Assembly: GCF_000011465.1 (NCBI RefSeq) | Contig: NC_005072.1 | Location: 210,001 to 242,000 of the forward strand | Source of the DNA: Prochlorococcus marinus subsp. pastoris str. CCMP1986 | Lineage (GTDB): Bacteria > Cyanobacteriota > Cyanobacteriia > PCC-6307 > Cyanobiaceae | Length of the DNA stretch: 32,000 nucleotides | Direction of reading: 5' to 3' | Shown here: piece after piece, positions 1-9,759 of the stretch | How positions within the stretch are numbered: position 1 is the stretch's first letter | Layout: each line of letters begins with the position of its first letter | Made by a program: the position numbers and the translations under genes | Notes under the pieces: model-generated | Seen by the model: only the letters and a program-made list of their open reading frames with translations | What the model was told of the DNA's origin: nothing | Databases searched by the model: none

Positions 1-1
1 A

Positions 2-145
2 ATGGTAAAGGCTGCTGCTATGAAAAATTGGATTAATGAAAAGGATATTGTTTTAGAAACATTGCTTAGTTTTAAAAGAGCAGGGGCAAAATTAATACTC
101 ACCTATCATGCTTGTGATGCATCAAAATGGTTGAATGAGAAGTAA
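2..145 (+). CDS. hemB: C-terminal fragment of delta-aminolevulinic acid dehydratase (porphobilinogen synthase)
   Basis: Open frame from the window edge encodes MVKAAAMKNWINEKDIVLETLLSFKRAGAKLILTYHACDASKWLNEK*, which resembles the HemB C-terminus. Partial at the 5' end. Confidence 0.8.
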   Translation: MVKAAAMKNWINEKDIVLETLLSFKRAGAKLILTYHACDASKWLNEK

Positions 146-200
146 AAACTCATTAAAGTTAAAAAATTTGTTTATTCTTATATAAATATTATTAATTATT

Positions 201-593
201 TTGCTTTTAAAAAGTTCAAAAGGTGTCCAAAGAATCGGACATATTGCACTTAGAGTAGAAAATCTAGATAGAGCTAAGTCTTTTTATTTGAATTTAGGTA
301 TGCAATTAATTTGGGATGATAAAGATTGGTGCTATCTGGAGGCTGGTAAAGGGAAAGATGGACTTGCTTTATTGGGGACTAGTTATAAAGCAGCTGGTCC
401 ACATTTTGCTTTTCATTTCGAAGATAAAAAGGAAGTGGAAAATATTTATTCAGATTTAAAAAAATCTGGAGTGAAAGTTGCACCTATTCATGAACATCGA
501 GATGGAACGGCTTCTTTTTATATGCAAGATACAGAAGGTAACTGGCTTGAAATGCTTTATGTTCCTGCCGGTGGGATTAAATCAAATATTTGA
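201..593 (+). CDS. Glyoxalase/bleomycin resistance (VOC) family protein, lactoylglutathione lyase-like
   Basis: ORF with RIGHIALRVENLDRAKSFYLNLGM and DTEGNWLEMLY motifs of the VOC fold. The true start may be internal, near VQRIGH. Confidence 0.8.
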   Translation: MLLKSSKGVQRIGHIALRVENLDRAKSFYLNLGMQLIWDDKDWCYLEAGKGKDGLALLGTSYKAAGPHFAFHFEDKKEVENIYSDLKKSGVKVAPIHEHRDGTASFYMQDTEGNWLEMLYVPAGGIKSNI

Positions 594-606
594 TTATTTC
601 GATTGA

Positions 607-3018
607 ATGATAGAGAAAAGTCATTATAAAAATTCATCCGCTCATAGATCACTTTCAGAAGAATCTATAAGTCTTTTAGAATGGGATAATTTAAAAATTC
701 AGCTCTCCTCTTTTGCTTCTACAAAAATGGGAGAAAATGCAATATTAGAGTCTGAGATTCCTACTGAATATGAAATTTCCAGAAGATTATTGCAAGAAAC
801 TATCGAAATAAATGAGTTAGAAAAGACCTTAGATAAATCTATTAGTTTTTCAGGTGTATTTGATATAAGTAAAAATATTGAGATTTGTTCAAAAGGAGGG
901 GTTATTAATTCTTCTGAATTATTAGAAATAGCAGAAACAATATCTGCGGCAAAAGATTTAAAAAAAATACTCTTAGATTTTGAGGCAAGACCTTTTATTT
1001 CTTCTTTTTTAAATCGTTTAATTGATCATAATCAAATTGAAAAAATTCTAAAAAATGGTATTGAATCAAATGGTAGAATTTCCGATCGAGCTAGTCAGAA
1101 ATTAGCTAATCTTAGACAAGATTTATTATCTAAGAAATCAGAAAGAAGGATATTAGTAGATAAATTTATTCAAAAAAATATTAATTATATTCAAGATACT
1201 ATTATTGGTGATAGATATGGGAGACCTGTTGTAGCTATAAAAGTACAATTTGGTGAGAAATTCAAAGGTATAATTCATGATTCTTCTGCATCAGGAAATA
1301 CCATATATTTGGAGCCAGAATCTATTGTATTTAAGGGTAATAAAATTGCTTCAATGGAAGCCAGAGTAGCAGGAGAAGAATTTAAATTATTAAAAGAATG
1401 GTCACAAATTGTTAGTGATAATGATAAAAGCCTTATTGAAATGTCAGATATTCTATTGAGAACTGAGCATGCTCTTATACGTTCAAGATATTCAAATTGG
1501 ATTGGAGGTAATGCTCCAATTGTTGAGAATAATCCAATAGTTAATTTAATAGGTTTTTCGCATCCTCTTTTGATTTGGGAAAATAAAAAAAAAGAAGCTC
1601 CCAAACCAGTATCTATAGATTTTCATATAAATAGAAATACTAAGGTAGTAGCCATAACGGGTCCTAATACTGGAGGCAAAACTGTTGCTTTAAAAGGTCT
1701 TGGAATAGCATTATTAATGGCTAGATCGGGATTATTTATTCCATCAATAAAAAATCCAATTATCCCTTTTTGTCCAAATATATTTGTGGATATTGGTGAT
1801 GATCAATCCTTGGAGGGAAATCTATCTACTTTCAGTGGGCATATTTTGCGTATTAGAAATATTCTGGAATCTCTTAATAATAAAAAGGGGCTATCAGTTG
1901 TTTTATTAGATGAAATAGGATCTGGGACTGATCCCTCTGAAGGTACCGCTCTTGCAATCGCATTACTAAAAGAATTCGCAACCCTATCTGATATAACTCT
2001 AGCCACAACTCATTATGGTGATATAAAAGCTTTAAAATATAGTGACGATAGATTCGAAAATGTTTCAGTTGCTTTTGACGAAGAATCTTTCAAGCCAAGG
2101 TATACTTTGAACTGGGGAATACCTGGAAGAAGTAATGCCTTATCAATTTCAAGGAGAATTGGGATTGATGAAAAAATACTCAATGAAGCTGCTAATTATT
2201 TAAAACCGAAAGAAGTTGAAAATATAAATAGTATTATTAAAGGGCTAGAAGATGAGAGGATAAAGCAACAAAATTCGGCAGAAGAGGCTGCTGAACTTAT
2301 AGCTAGAACAGAAATATTGCATGATGAAATAAAGAGTAATTATGAATTTCAAAAAAATAATGCTGAAAAAATACAGGAAAGTGAAAAACAAAAATTATCA
2401 AAATACATAAGAGCAGCTAAAAAAGAGGTTATTAATTTGATTAAGAAATTAAAAGACCAAAATGCAAATGGAGAAGATTCTAGATTAATTGGAATTAGGC
2501 TTAAAGAGATTGAGAAGGAACATTTAACTCAAACAAATATCAATAAAGAAATTTCTTGGAGCCCTAAAATAGGAGATTTTATAAAAATTAAAAGTTTAAA
2601 TAGTACTGGTCAAATAATTGATATAGATCGAAAAGCAAGATCTTTCGAGGTTAAATGTGGATCATTTAGAAGTACATTATTAATTAACGAATTTGAAGGT
2701 CTTAATGGGGAAAAACCCAATTTCAAAAATTCTAAAATTCAAATAAATTCTGTAAGAGAAGATTTTTCTTTTTCTAAAATTAGAACAAATAAAAATACCA
2801 TAGACGTTAGGGGTATGAGAGTCCATGAAGCAGAAATAATAATTGAGGAAAAAATTAGAAAGTTTCATGGACCACTTTGGATAGTTCATGGAATTGGAAC
2901 TGGAAAATTAAAAAAAGGATTACTTATCTGGCTATCTAGTTTGCATTATGTCGATAAAGTTGAAGATGCAGCAACTAATGAAGGAGGATCTGGTTGCAGT
3001 ATTGCGTGGATAAAATAA
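607..3018 (+). CDS. mutS2: MutS2 family protein with C-terminal Smr domain
   Basis: Walker A GPNTGGKT, DEIGSGTDPSEG, TTHYGDIK, and Smr-like VDVRGMRVHEAE...VHGIGTGKLKKG. Confidence 0.92.
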   Translation: MIEKSHYKNSSAHRSLSEESISLLEWDNLKIQLSSFASTKMGENAILESEIPTEYEISRRLLQETIEINELEKTLDKSISFSGVFDISKNIEICSKGGVINSSELLEIAETISAAKDLKKILLDFEARPFISSFLNRLIDHNQIEKILKNGIESNGRISDRASQKLANLRQDLLSKKSERRILVDKFIQKNINYIQDTIIGDRYGRPVVAIKVQFGEKFKGIIHDSSASGNTIYLEPESIVFKGNKIASMEARVAGEEFKLLKEWSQIVSDNDKSLIEMSDILLRTEHALIRSRYSNWIGGNAPIVENNPIVNLIGFSHPLLIWENKKKEAPKPVSIDFHINRNTKVVAITGPNTGGKTVALKGLGIALLMARSGLFIPSIKNPIIPFCPNIFVDIGDDQSLEGNLSTFSGHILRIRNILESLNNKKGLSVVLLDEIGSGTDPSEGTALAIALLKEFATLSDITLATTHYGDIKALKYSDDRFENVSVAFDEESFKPRYTLNWGIPGRSNALSISRRIGIDEKILNEAANYLKPKEVENINSIIKGLEDERIKQQNSAEEAAELIARTEILHDEIKSNYEFQKNNAEKIQESEKQKLSKYIRAAKKEVINLIKKLKDQNANGEDSRLIGIRLKEIEKEHLTQTNINKEISWSPKIGDFIKIKSLNSTGQIIDIDRKARSFEVKCGSFRSTLLINEFEGLNGEKPNFKNSKIQINSVREDFSFSKIRTNKNTIDVRGMRVHEAEIIIEEKIRKFHGPLWIVHGIGTGKLKKGLLIWLSSLHYVDKVEDAATNEGGSGCSIAWIK

Positions 3019-3061
3019 AATCTATAAGTATCTATAAAAAAATCATTCAAAAAACTTTTAA

Positions 3062-4045
3062 GTGCAATTTATTGATCAAGCAAACATTATTCTCAAAGCT
3101 GGTAAAGGCGGCAATGGAATAGTTTCATTTAGAAGAGAAAAATTTGTTCCGGCCGGTGGCCCTTCAGGAGGTAATGGAGGTAAGGGTGGTTCAATAATCA
3201 TTATCGCTGATAATAATCTTCAAACACTTTTAGATTTTAAATTTAATAGAGAAATATTTGCTAAAGATGGTTTCAAGGGAGGTCCAAACAAAAGATCTGG
3301 AGCTTCAGGAGAGAATACAATCCTAAAAGTTCCTTGTGGAACAGAAATTAGAGATTTTAATACTGGTATTATCCTGGGTGATTTAACTGAGGATAAGCAA
3401 AGTTTAACTATTGCTCATGGAGGGAGAGGCGGACATGGAAATGCTTATTATTTAAGTAATCAAAATAGAGCTCCGGAATCTTTCACTGAGGGAAAAGAAG
3501 GAGAGATATGGGAGGTGCAATTAGAATTAAAACTTCTTGCTGAAGTGGGTATTATAGGTCTTCCTAATGCTGGGAAGAGTACTTTAATTTCTGTTTTATC
3601 ATCAGCAAGACCAAAAATCGCAAACTACCCTTTTACAACTTTGATCCCTAATTTAGGTGTAGTAAGAAAAGCTGATGGGAATGGGTGCCTTTTTGCGGAT
3701 ATTCCTGGTTTAATATCTGGAGCTGCTGAAGGAGTAGGATTGGGACATGATTTTTTAAGACATATTCAAAGAACTAAAATACTTATTCATTTGATTGATT
3801 CAATTGCTGAAAATCCTATTCGTGATTTCGAGATAATTGAGAAAGAATTAAAACGATATGGAAGTGGTCTTTTAAATAAAGAAAGAATAGTTGTACTTAA
3901 TAAGATGGAACTTGTAGATGAAAATTATTTGCAAACAATTACAAAAAAGTTAGAAAATTTATCTAAGAAAAAAGTTTTAGTTATTTCTTCATCTTTACGA
4001 AAAGGTTTATCTCCACTACTTTCTGAGGTTTGGAAGAGAATTTAA
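3062..4045 (+). CDS. obgE: Obg family GTPase (CgtA)
   Basis: Glycine-rich Obg domain ([28 protein letters not shown]), [20 protein letters not shown]. Confidence 0.95.
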   Translation: MQFIDQANIILKAGKGGNGIVSFRREKFVPAGGPSGGNGGKGGSIIIIADNNLQTLLDFKFNREIFAKDGFKGGPNKRSGASGENTILKVPCGTEIRDFNTGIILGDLTEDKQSLTIAHGGRGGHGNAYYLSNQNRAPESFTEGKEGEIWEVQLELKLLAEVGIIGLPNAGKSTLISVLSSARPKIANYPFTTLIPNLGVVRKADGNGCLFADIPGLISGAAEGVGLGHDFLRHIQRTKILIHLIDSIAENPIRDFEIIEKELKRYGSGLLNKERIVVLNKMELVDENYLQTITKKLENLSKKKVLVISSSLRKGLSPLLSEVWKRI

Positions 4046-4132
4046 TTTTTTGGAAATATTATTTTATTAATCAAATTACTTGATTTAATTTAGGAAATTA
4101 GCCATAAATTAGATATTGCCTTTAATAAACTT

Positions 4133-4315
4133 ATGAATTTTTATAGTTGCTTTGATCAACAAGGACAAATAATCGCCAGGTGCCAGACTATCCAAGATAT
4201 TCAAGTTTTAAAGAAAATGGGAAGACCGATAGTAGAAGTAAAAGAAATGAAGAATGAAGAATCTGTTGTCTGTTCATTAACTGGAAGTCCATCTGATTTC
4301 AACATGGATTATTAA
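4133..4315 (+). CDS. Conserved short hypothetical protein (60 aa)
   Basis: Complete ATG ORF followed directly by a repeat tract and a terminator. Resembles short conserved cyanobacterial proteins, but no function can be assigned. Confidence 0.7.
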   Translation: MNFYSCFDQQGQIIARCQTIQDIQVLKKMGRPIVEVKEMKNEESVVCSLTGSPSDFNMDY

Positions 4316-4379
4316 TAAAAAAATAAAAAATAAAAAATAAAAAATAAAAAATAAAAAATAAAAAATAAAAAATAAAAAA
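4316..4379. repeat. Heptanucleotide tandem repeat (TAAAAAA)n: eight perfect 7-bp units preceded by one 8-bp unit
   Basis: T residues at 4316, 4324, 4331, 4338, 4345, 4352, 4359, 4366 and 4373, separated by A runs. Confidence 0.97.
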
Positions 4380-4383
4380 GGAA

Positions 4384-4402
4384 AGGGGCTAATAAAGCCC
4401 CT
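4384..4402. terminator. Intrinsic terminator, probably bidirectional, between convergent genes
   Basis: Perfect 7-bp stem AGGGGCT/AGCCCCT with AATAA loop. T-rich on the + side (attattttttac); the - side continues TTCCTTTTTTATTTTTT from the repeat. Confidence 0.85.
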
Positions 4403-4431
4403 ATTATTTTTTACATTTTTAAAATTAAAAA

Positions 4432-4665
4432 TTAATCGTCATAAACTAAACATTCAGGTTCGTCTGGATTTGCATCGCAGAATAACTCTAATGCATTCGG
4501 ATCATGCTTATCTTCAGGATGATGATCCTTATATCCTTCGAGATCTTTTAATTCTTCAGTTAAATGTCTGACCTTTGGAAGATTTCCCTCTTCTTTTGCA
4601 GAGGCGATTTCCGATTGATCTTTTTGAATGTGTTCGTCAATGGATTTCTTTTTCAGTTGTTCATA
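4432..4665 (-). CDS. CP12 domain protein (Calvin cycle regulator); 5' boundary uncertain, no canonical start codon
   Basis: Manual translation of the minus strand: YEQLKKKSIDEHIQKDQSEIASAKEEGNLPKVRHLTEELKDLEGYKDHHPEDKHDPNALELFCDANPDEPECLVYDD*. The C-terminal LFCDANPDEPECLVYDD matches the CP12 C-terminal Cys-pair motif. Absent from the supplied ORF track. Confidence 0.85.
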   Translation of the reverse strand, partial: YEQLKKKSIDEHIQKDQSEIASAKEEGNLPKVRHLTEELKDLEGYKDHHPEDKHDPNALELFCDANPDEPECLVYDD

Positions 4666-4781
4666 CTAAAGTAGATATCTATAACATAGTTAATTTGAAT
4701 TGATTTTGCATCATGTACTTTTAAAGTTCGTGTTCATTACAACATGAAATATGTAAATCAATAATTATTTTAAAAAAAAAT

Positions 4782-5729
4782 CTACTTTGGAAGTGATTGC
4801 ATTATTTCCTTTAAAGAAGGAAGAACTGGGATGATTTGATTAGGATTTAAAGGGAATAATGCTTTGTAATAATCTTTTTTCCATTCAGAGTCAAAACATG
4901 TTTCAGAAACCTTAGTTAATTTAAAAAACCTTAATCTCCATTTAATAATATTTCTAAAATCTGAAATTTCTTTTTCAGTACATTTAAAAAGTTGCCTATA
5001 TATTAATTCCCAACGAATAATTGTTGGAAATAAATAGATATCTGCATAAGTTAAATCTTCTCCACAAATCCAATTACCTACATTCTTATCAAATTTTTTT
5101 TCTATTATAGTTAAAGCCTCAAAAAGGTTCTTACTTGCTTTTTCATAAGAGATCTGATTTCTGGCAAATCCGCATTTATAAACACCATTGTTAATGTCAG
5201 AATGAATTATTTCTAGTAAATCTTGATCGCATTTTCTTATTTGAAGTGTTTTTTGAGAGGAGTCTACTTTTATTGAGTTCAGAAACTTTACTATTTCAGA
5301 ACTTTCATTAGATAAGATATTAATCTGATCATTTTGAAAATTAAATAGTAATGGTAATGTCGCCCTAAAAAGATTATGCTTTTGGGCTTTTTTATAAAAT
5401 TGATGAAGAGTCTCGCATTCCTCAAACTTTTTTTTAAAAATCCATTGACCACTATTAATATCTGCTTCTAAAAAAATAACTTTGACTTTCTTTGATAAGT
5501 TTTTCAGCTTGTAAATGAGTAAAGTTCTATGACACCACGGACAAGAATTCCCTACTAATAAGTAAGAATTTTCATTCTTGACTTTAAATTCATAATTTTT
5601 ATTTATTAGTATCCCTCTCGGCCTTCTATAATTTCCTTGTAAATCTGAAGGTGCGAAACCATTCATTAATTTTGTCCAAAACCAAAACCAGAATTTTTTC
5701 GAAAAGTTAATGAGGTATTTATTTTGCAT
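4782..5729 (-). CDS. Glutathione S-transferase family protein, Ecm4/glutathionyl-hydroquinone reductase-like
   Basis: N-terminal thioredoxin-like domain with CPWCHR motif and a C-terminal alpha-helical GST region (GEDLTYADIYLFPTIIRW). An alternative start at about 5666 (MNGFAPSDLQG) is possible. Confidence 0.75.
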   Translation of the reverse strand: MQNKYLINFSKKFWFWFWTKLMNGFAPSDLQGNYRRPRGILINKNYEFKVKNENSYLLVGNSCPWCHRTLLIYKLKNLSKKVKVIFLEADINSGQWIFKKKFEECETLHQFYKKAQKHNLFRATLPLLFNFQNDQINILSNESSEIVKFLNSIKVDSSQKTLQIRKCDQDLLEIIHSDINNGVYKCGFARNQISYEKASKNLFEALTIIEKKFDKNVGNWICGEDLTYADIYLFPTIIRWELIYRQLFKCTEKEISDFRNIIKWRLRFFKLTKVSETCFDSEWKKDYYKALFPLNPNQIIPVLPSLKEIMQSLPK

Positions 5730-5753
5730 AAACTTAGAATTTTAATTTTTTAA

Positions 5754-6641
5754 ATGACCTTGAAAAAAATACTAATTGTTTCTGGTACTCATGGAAATGA
5801 AATTAATCCAGTATGGGCAATCAATCAATTTAATAAGCAGTTTAAAACTATTGATAAAAATATTGAATATAAATTCGTCATAGGAAACCCTCTTGCTTAT
5901 GAAAGAGGTTGTAGATATATAGATAATGACTTAAATAGATCTTTTACTTCAATTCAAGATAATAGTATTTATGAAACTAATAGGGCAAATTTTTTAGTTG
6001 AAAAGTTTGGATTCAATGGTTCAGAGCCTTGTGATGTTGCTATTGACTTACACACTACAACGGCAAATATGGGAACAAGTATTGTTATGTATGGAAGAAG
6101 AATGAAAGATTTTTGTTTAGCAGCTTTACTTCAGCATAAATTTGGTTTACCAATTTATTTGCATGAAAAAGATCTTAAACAAACTGGATTTCTTGTAGAA
6201 GCATGGCCATGTGGATTAGTCCTTGAAATAGGATCTGTTGCTCAAAATTTTTATGACCCAAAAATTATAAATAGATTTCTAATAATTATTAGTTCTTTGA
6301 GAGATGAAATAAACAAGTTAAAAAATAATCAAATAAGACTTCCGAAAGACTTATTTGTCCATGTTCATCAAGGAAGTATTGATTATCCCAGAGATAAAAA
6401 TGGAAATATTAATGCTTTAATTCATCCTGAGAGAATCAATCAAGATTGGAAGCCAATAAAAAAGGACGCTCCATTGTTTATGGATATGGAGGGTAAAACT
6501 AAAACTTACGCAGATGAAGATACTATTTGGCCTGTCTTTATTGGTGAGGTCGCCTACAAAGAAAAGAATATTGCAATGAGTTTTACAAAAAAAGAAGTAG
6601 TAAGTGTATCAGATCAAATGTATGAGGAATTTTTTAGTTAG
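5754..6641 (+). CDS. Aspartoacylase/succinylglutamate desuccinylase family (AspA-like)
   Basis: GTHGNEINP, DLNRSF, AIDLHTTTANMG, VLEIGSVAQ zinc carboxypeptidase-like motifs. Confidence 0.85.
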   Translation: MTLKKILIVSGTHGNEINPVWAINQFNKQFKTIDKNIEYKFVIGNPLAYERGCRYIDNDLNRSFTSIQDNSIYETNRANFLVEKFGFNGSEPCDVAIDLHTTTANMGTSIVMYGRRMKDFCLAALLQHKFGLPIYLHEKDLKQTGFLVEAWPCGLVLEIGSVAQNFYDPKIINRFLIIISSLRDEINKLKNNQIRLPKDLFVHVHQGSIDYPRDKNGNINALIHPERINQDWKPIKKDAPLFMDMEGKTKTYADEDTIWPVFIGEVAYKEKNIAMSFTKKEVVSVSDQMYEEFFS

Positions 6642-6707
6642 GTTTTATAAATTCGATAATCCCCCCTTTTTACATAAGAATAATTTATCTAAGGTATAAG
6701 ATTCTTT

Positions 6708-6737
6708 TTCACATTATTGATGATTTTGGACTATATT
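6708..6737 (+). promoter_or_regulatory. Candidate sigma70-type promoter for psbA
   Basis: TTCACA (6708-6713), 18-nt spacer, TATATT (6732-6737), about 70 nt upstream of the psbA ATG. Pattern match only. Confidence 0.4.
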
Positions 6738-6806
6738 TATCAAAGCGAAAATTATTTTTTTCGTTTTTAATTACACGTCTCGATTAGAGACATACTTTAC
6801 GAACTC

Positions 6807-7889
6807 ATGACAACTATTCAGCAGCAGCGTACTTCGCTGTTAAAAGGCTGGCCACAGTTTTGTGAGTGGGTAACATCAACTAACAATAGAATTTATGTTG
6901 GTTGGTTCGGCGTCTTAATGATTCCATGCCTACTTGCAGCAGCGGCTTGTTTCATCGTTGCTTTCATCGCAGCACCTCCAGTAGACATTGACGGAATTAG
7001 AGAACCAGTTGCTGGTTCATTCCTATACGGAAACAACATCATCTCAGGTGCAGTTGTTCCTTCTTCAAATGCTATTGGTCTACACTTCTACCCAATTTGG
7101 GAAGCAGCTACTGTAGATGAGTGGTTATACAACGGTGGTCCTTACCAGCTAGTAATATTCCACTTCCTTATTGGTATCTCAGCATACATGGGACGTCAGT
7201 GGGAGCTTTCATACCGTTTAGGTATGCGTCCTTGGATCTGTGTTGCATACTCTGCACCAGTTTCAGCAGCTTTCGCAGTATTCCTTGTATATCCATTCGG
7301 TCAAGGTTCATTCTCTGACGGAATGCCTTTAGGTATCTCTGGAACATTCAACTTCATGTTTGTTTTCCAGGCAGAGCACAACATTCTTATGCACCCATTC
7401 CACATGGCTGGTGTTGCAGGTATGTTCGGAGGATCTTTATTCTCAGCAATGCATGGTTCACTTGTTACTTCATCTCTAATCAGAGAAACAACTGAGACAG
7501 AATCTCAGAACTATGGTTACAAGTTCGGACAAGAAGAAGAAACATATAACATCGTTGCAGCTCATGGCTACTTCGGTCGTTTGATCTTCCAATATGCTTC
7601 ATTCAACAACAGCAGAAGTCTTCACTTCTTCCTAGCTGTATTCCCAGTTGTATGTGTTTGGTTAACTTCAATGGGAATCTGCACAATGGCATTCAACCTT
7701 AACGGTTTCAACTTCAACCAGTCAGTTGTAGATGCAAACGGTAAGATTGTTCCTACATGGGGTGACGTTCTTAACAGAGCTAACCTAGGTATGGAAGTAA
7801 TGCACGAGCGTAACGCTCACAACTTCCCACTTGATCTAGCAGCAGCTGAGTCTACAACAGTAGCTCTTACAGCTCCAGCTATCGGTTAA
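6807..7889 (+). CDS. psbA: Photosystem II reaction centre protein D1
   Basis: 360 aa, near-diagnostic sequence [35 protein letters not shown]...[19 protein letters not shown]. Confidence 0.99.
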   Translation: MTTIQQQRTSLLKGWPQFCEWVTSTNNRIYVGWFGVLMIPCLLAAAACFIVAFIAAPPVDIDGIREPVAGSFLYGNNIISGAVVPSSNAIGLHFYPIWEAATVDEWLYNGGPYQLVIFHFLIGISAYMGRQWELSYRLGMRPWICVAYSAPVSAAFAVFLVYPFGQGSFSDGMPLGISGTFNFMFVFQAEHNILMHPFHMAGVAGMFGGSLFSAMHGSLVTSSLIRETTETESQNYGYKFGQEEETYNIVAAHGYFGRLIFQYASFNNSRSLHFFLAVFPVVCVWLTSMGICTMAFNLNGFNFNQSVVDANGKIVPTWGDVLNRANLGMEVMHERNAHNFPLDLAAAESTTVALTAPAIG

Positions 7890-7910
7890 GCTTAAAATTC
7901 TAAATTTAAA

Positions 7911-7939
7911 GCCTCCTTTTATAAGGGGGCTTTTTTTTT
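7911..7939 (+). terminator. Intrinsic terminator of psbA
   Basis: GCCTCCTT-TTAT-AAGGGGGC stem-loop (one G-T pair) followed by nine T. Confidence 0.9.
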
Positions 7940-8001
7940 ATGTTTAATTCTCAATTGAGTTCTTATAATAGTTAATAGAACTTTAATAATTTGATATTTC
8001 A

Positions 8002-9096
8002 ATGGGTAGCAGTTTTGGTAAAAATTTTCGTGTAACTACTTTTGGAGAATCTCATGGAGGGGCTGTTGGGGTTATTCTTGATGGATGTCCTCCAAAGTTA
8101 AAAATAAATATTGATCTCATACAAAATGAACTAGATAGGCGAAGACCTGGTCAGAGCAAAATTACAACTCCAAGAAACGAAGATGATAAATTAGAGATAT
8201 TAAGTGGTTTAAAAGAAGGAATAACACTTGGAACCCCTATTGCAATGATGGTTCGCAATAAAGATCAAAGACCAGGAGATTATAGTAATTTAGAGCAAGT
8301 ATTCAGGCCATCTCACGCAGATGGCACATATCATTTGAAGTATGGAATTCAGGCTGGTTCAGGAGGAGGGAGAGCCTCAGCTAGAGAAACAATAGGAAGA
8401 GTTGCTGCAGGTGCTATCGCAAAACAACTATTAAAAAACTTGTTTAATACTGAAATTCTTTCTTGGGTAAAACGTATACATGATATTGACTCTCAAGTAA
8501 ATAAAAATAAACTTACTCTAAGTAAAATAGATTCAAATATTGTTAGATGTCCAGATGATAAGGTGGCTGCAAAAATGATTAAAAGAATAAAAGAATTGCA
8601 GCAAGATGGTGATTCTTGTGGAGGTGTTATTGAATGTTTAGTGAAAAATGTTCCATCAGGATTAGGTATGCCTGTCTTTGATAAATTGGAAGCTGATCTT
8701 GCTAAGGCTTTGATGTCATTACCTGCTACTAAGGGGTTTGAAATAGGTTCTGGTTTCTTGGGAACTTATTTAAGAGGAAGTGAACATAATGATTCGTTTA
8801 TTGAGTCTGATGATATTAGCAAGCTTAAAACAATATCAAATAATTCAGGAGGCATACAGGGAGGAATAAGTAATGGAGAGAATATTGAGATGAAAATAGC
8901 TTTTAAACCAACAGCAACTATTGGAAAAGAGCAGAAAACTGTTAATGCTGATGGGAAAGAAGTACTAATGAAGGCTAAAGGCCGACATGATCCTTGTGTT
9001 TTACCAAGAGCAGTTCCAATGGTTGATTCGATGGTAGCTCTCGTACTTGCAGACCATTTGCTTCTCCATCAAGCACAATGTTCAATTATTAAATAG
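8002..9096 (+). CDS. aroC: Chorismate synthase
   Basis: [53 protein letters not shown]. Confidence 0.97.
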   Translation: MGSSFGKNFRVTTFGESHGGAVGVILDGCPPKLKINIDLIQNELDRRRPGQSKITTPRNEDDKLEILSGLKEGITLGTPIAMMVRNKDQRPGDYSNLEQVFRPSHADGTYHLKYGIQAGSGGGRASARETIGRVAAGAIAKQLLKNLFNTEILSWVKRIHDIDSQVNKNKLTLSKIDSNIVRCPDDKVAAKMIKRIKELQQDGDSCGGVIECLVKNVPSGLGMPVFDKLEADLAKALMSLPATKGFEIGSGFLGTYLRGSEHNDSFIESDDISKLKTISNNSGGIQGGISNGENIEMKIAFKPTATIGKEQKTVNADGKEVLMKAKGRHDPCVLPRAVPMVDSMVALVLADHLLLHQAQCSIIK

Positions 9097-9106
9097 GAAT
9101 AATTAT

Positions 9107-9748
9107 TTAATTCGATCTTCTTCTGAGCCATTCATATATCTTTGGATCTATTTTATTATTTTTGAAACCCATATCCCCAATTACGATAGCTTTATATCCT
9201 AAAGATTTATATAGCGGTATATCTGATATAGATAGTCCTCCGGCAGCAATAAAATCTATATTTTTATATTGAGATATATTTATTAATTCAATATTATCTT
9301 TAACCGGGTAAATTTTGATAATTTTACAATTCAAATCTATTGCTTGTTTAAGATCTTTTAAATGCTTGATTCCAGGAATTAATAAATGATTTTTTGAATT
9401 TGAATAATTTAAAAGGTCTCTATCCCAACCTCTCATCATTGAATAATTGCAACCTATTTTTATAGAGTCATCTATCGATTTCTTATTTTTTATAGAAGCA
9501 GAGCCTAGATTAAGACTTGGGAACTTTAATCTTAAATTTGAAACGTAATTTATCCAGTTTTCATTATTAGACCAACTAATTTCTATATTTGTAAAACCTG
9601 CCTGTATTAAAAGCTCTATTTCTAGTTCAACTAAATCTTTTTCAATAGTATTTGTATAAATATTTTTAGTTGGTTTTATTAATAAGAAAAAAGATTCTAA
9701 GTTTAGACTTTTAGAGGAAGAATCTTTTTTATTTAAAGGAGATATCAA
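9107..9748 (-). CDS. KDPG/KHG aldolase family protein
   Basis: GFTNIEISWSN, LLIPGIKHLKD, CKIIKIYPVKD, AAGGLSISDIPLYKSLGYKAIVIG, consistent with the 2-keto-3-deoxy-6-phosphogluconate aldolase fold. Confidence 0.75.
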   Translation of the reverse strand: MISPLNKKDSSSKSLNLESFFLLIKPTKNIYTNTIEKDLVELEIELLIQAGFTNIEISWSNNENWINYVSNLRLKFPSLNLGSASIKNKKSIDDSIKIGCNYSMMRGWDRDLLNYSNSKNHLLIPGIKHLKDLKQAIDLNCKIIKIYPVKDNIELINISQYKNIDFIAAGGLSISDIPLYKSLGYKAIVIGDMGFKNNKIDPKIYEWLRRRSN

Positions 9749-9759
9749 ATTTTTTCAAA

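Noticed and set aside
1275-2889. Three minus-strand ORFs (1275-1604, 1803-2006, 2680-2889) inside mutS2
   Set aside because: Antisense to an intact, clearly conserved coding frame; translations show no recognisable motifs.
4316-4379. Tandem repeat considered as a CRISPR-like or mobile-element signature
   Set aside because: Units are 7 bp, perfectly contiguous, with no spacers, target-site duplication or transposase nearby; it is a simple microsatellite.
7121-7318. 65-aa plus-strand-listed ORF lying within psbA
   Set aside because: Fully inside the highly constrained psbA gene in another frame or strand, with no motif; a shadow ORF.
6807-7889. psbA looks richer in C-ending codons than its neighbours, possibly cyanophage-derived
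   Set aside because: Strong codon bias is expected for a very highly expressed gene. The protein is a typical host D1, it has its own terminator, and no phage genes flank it.
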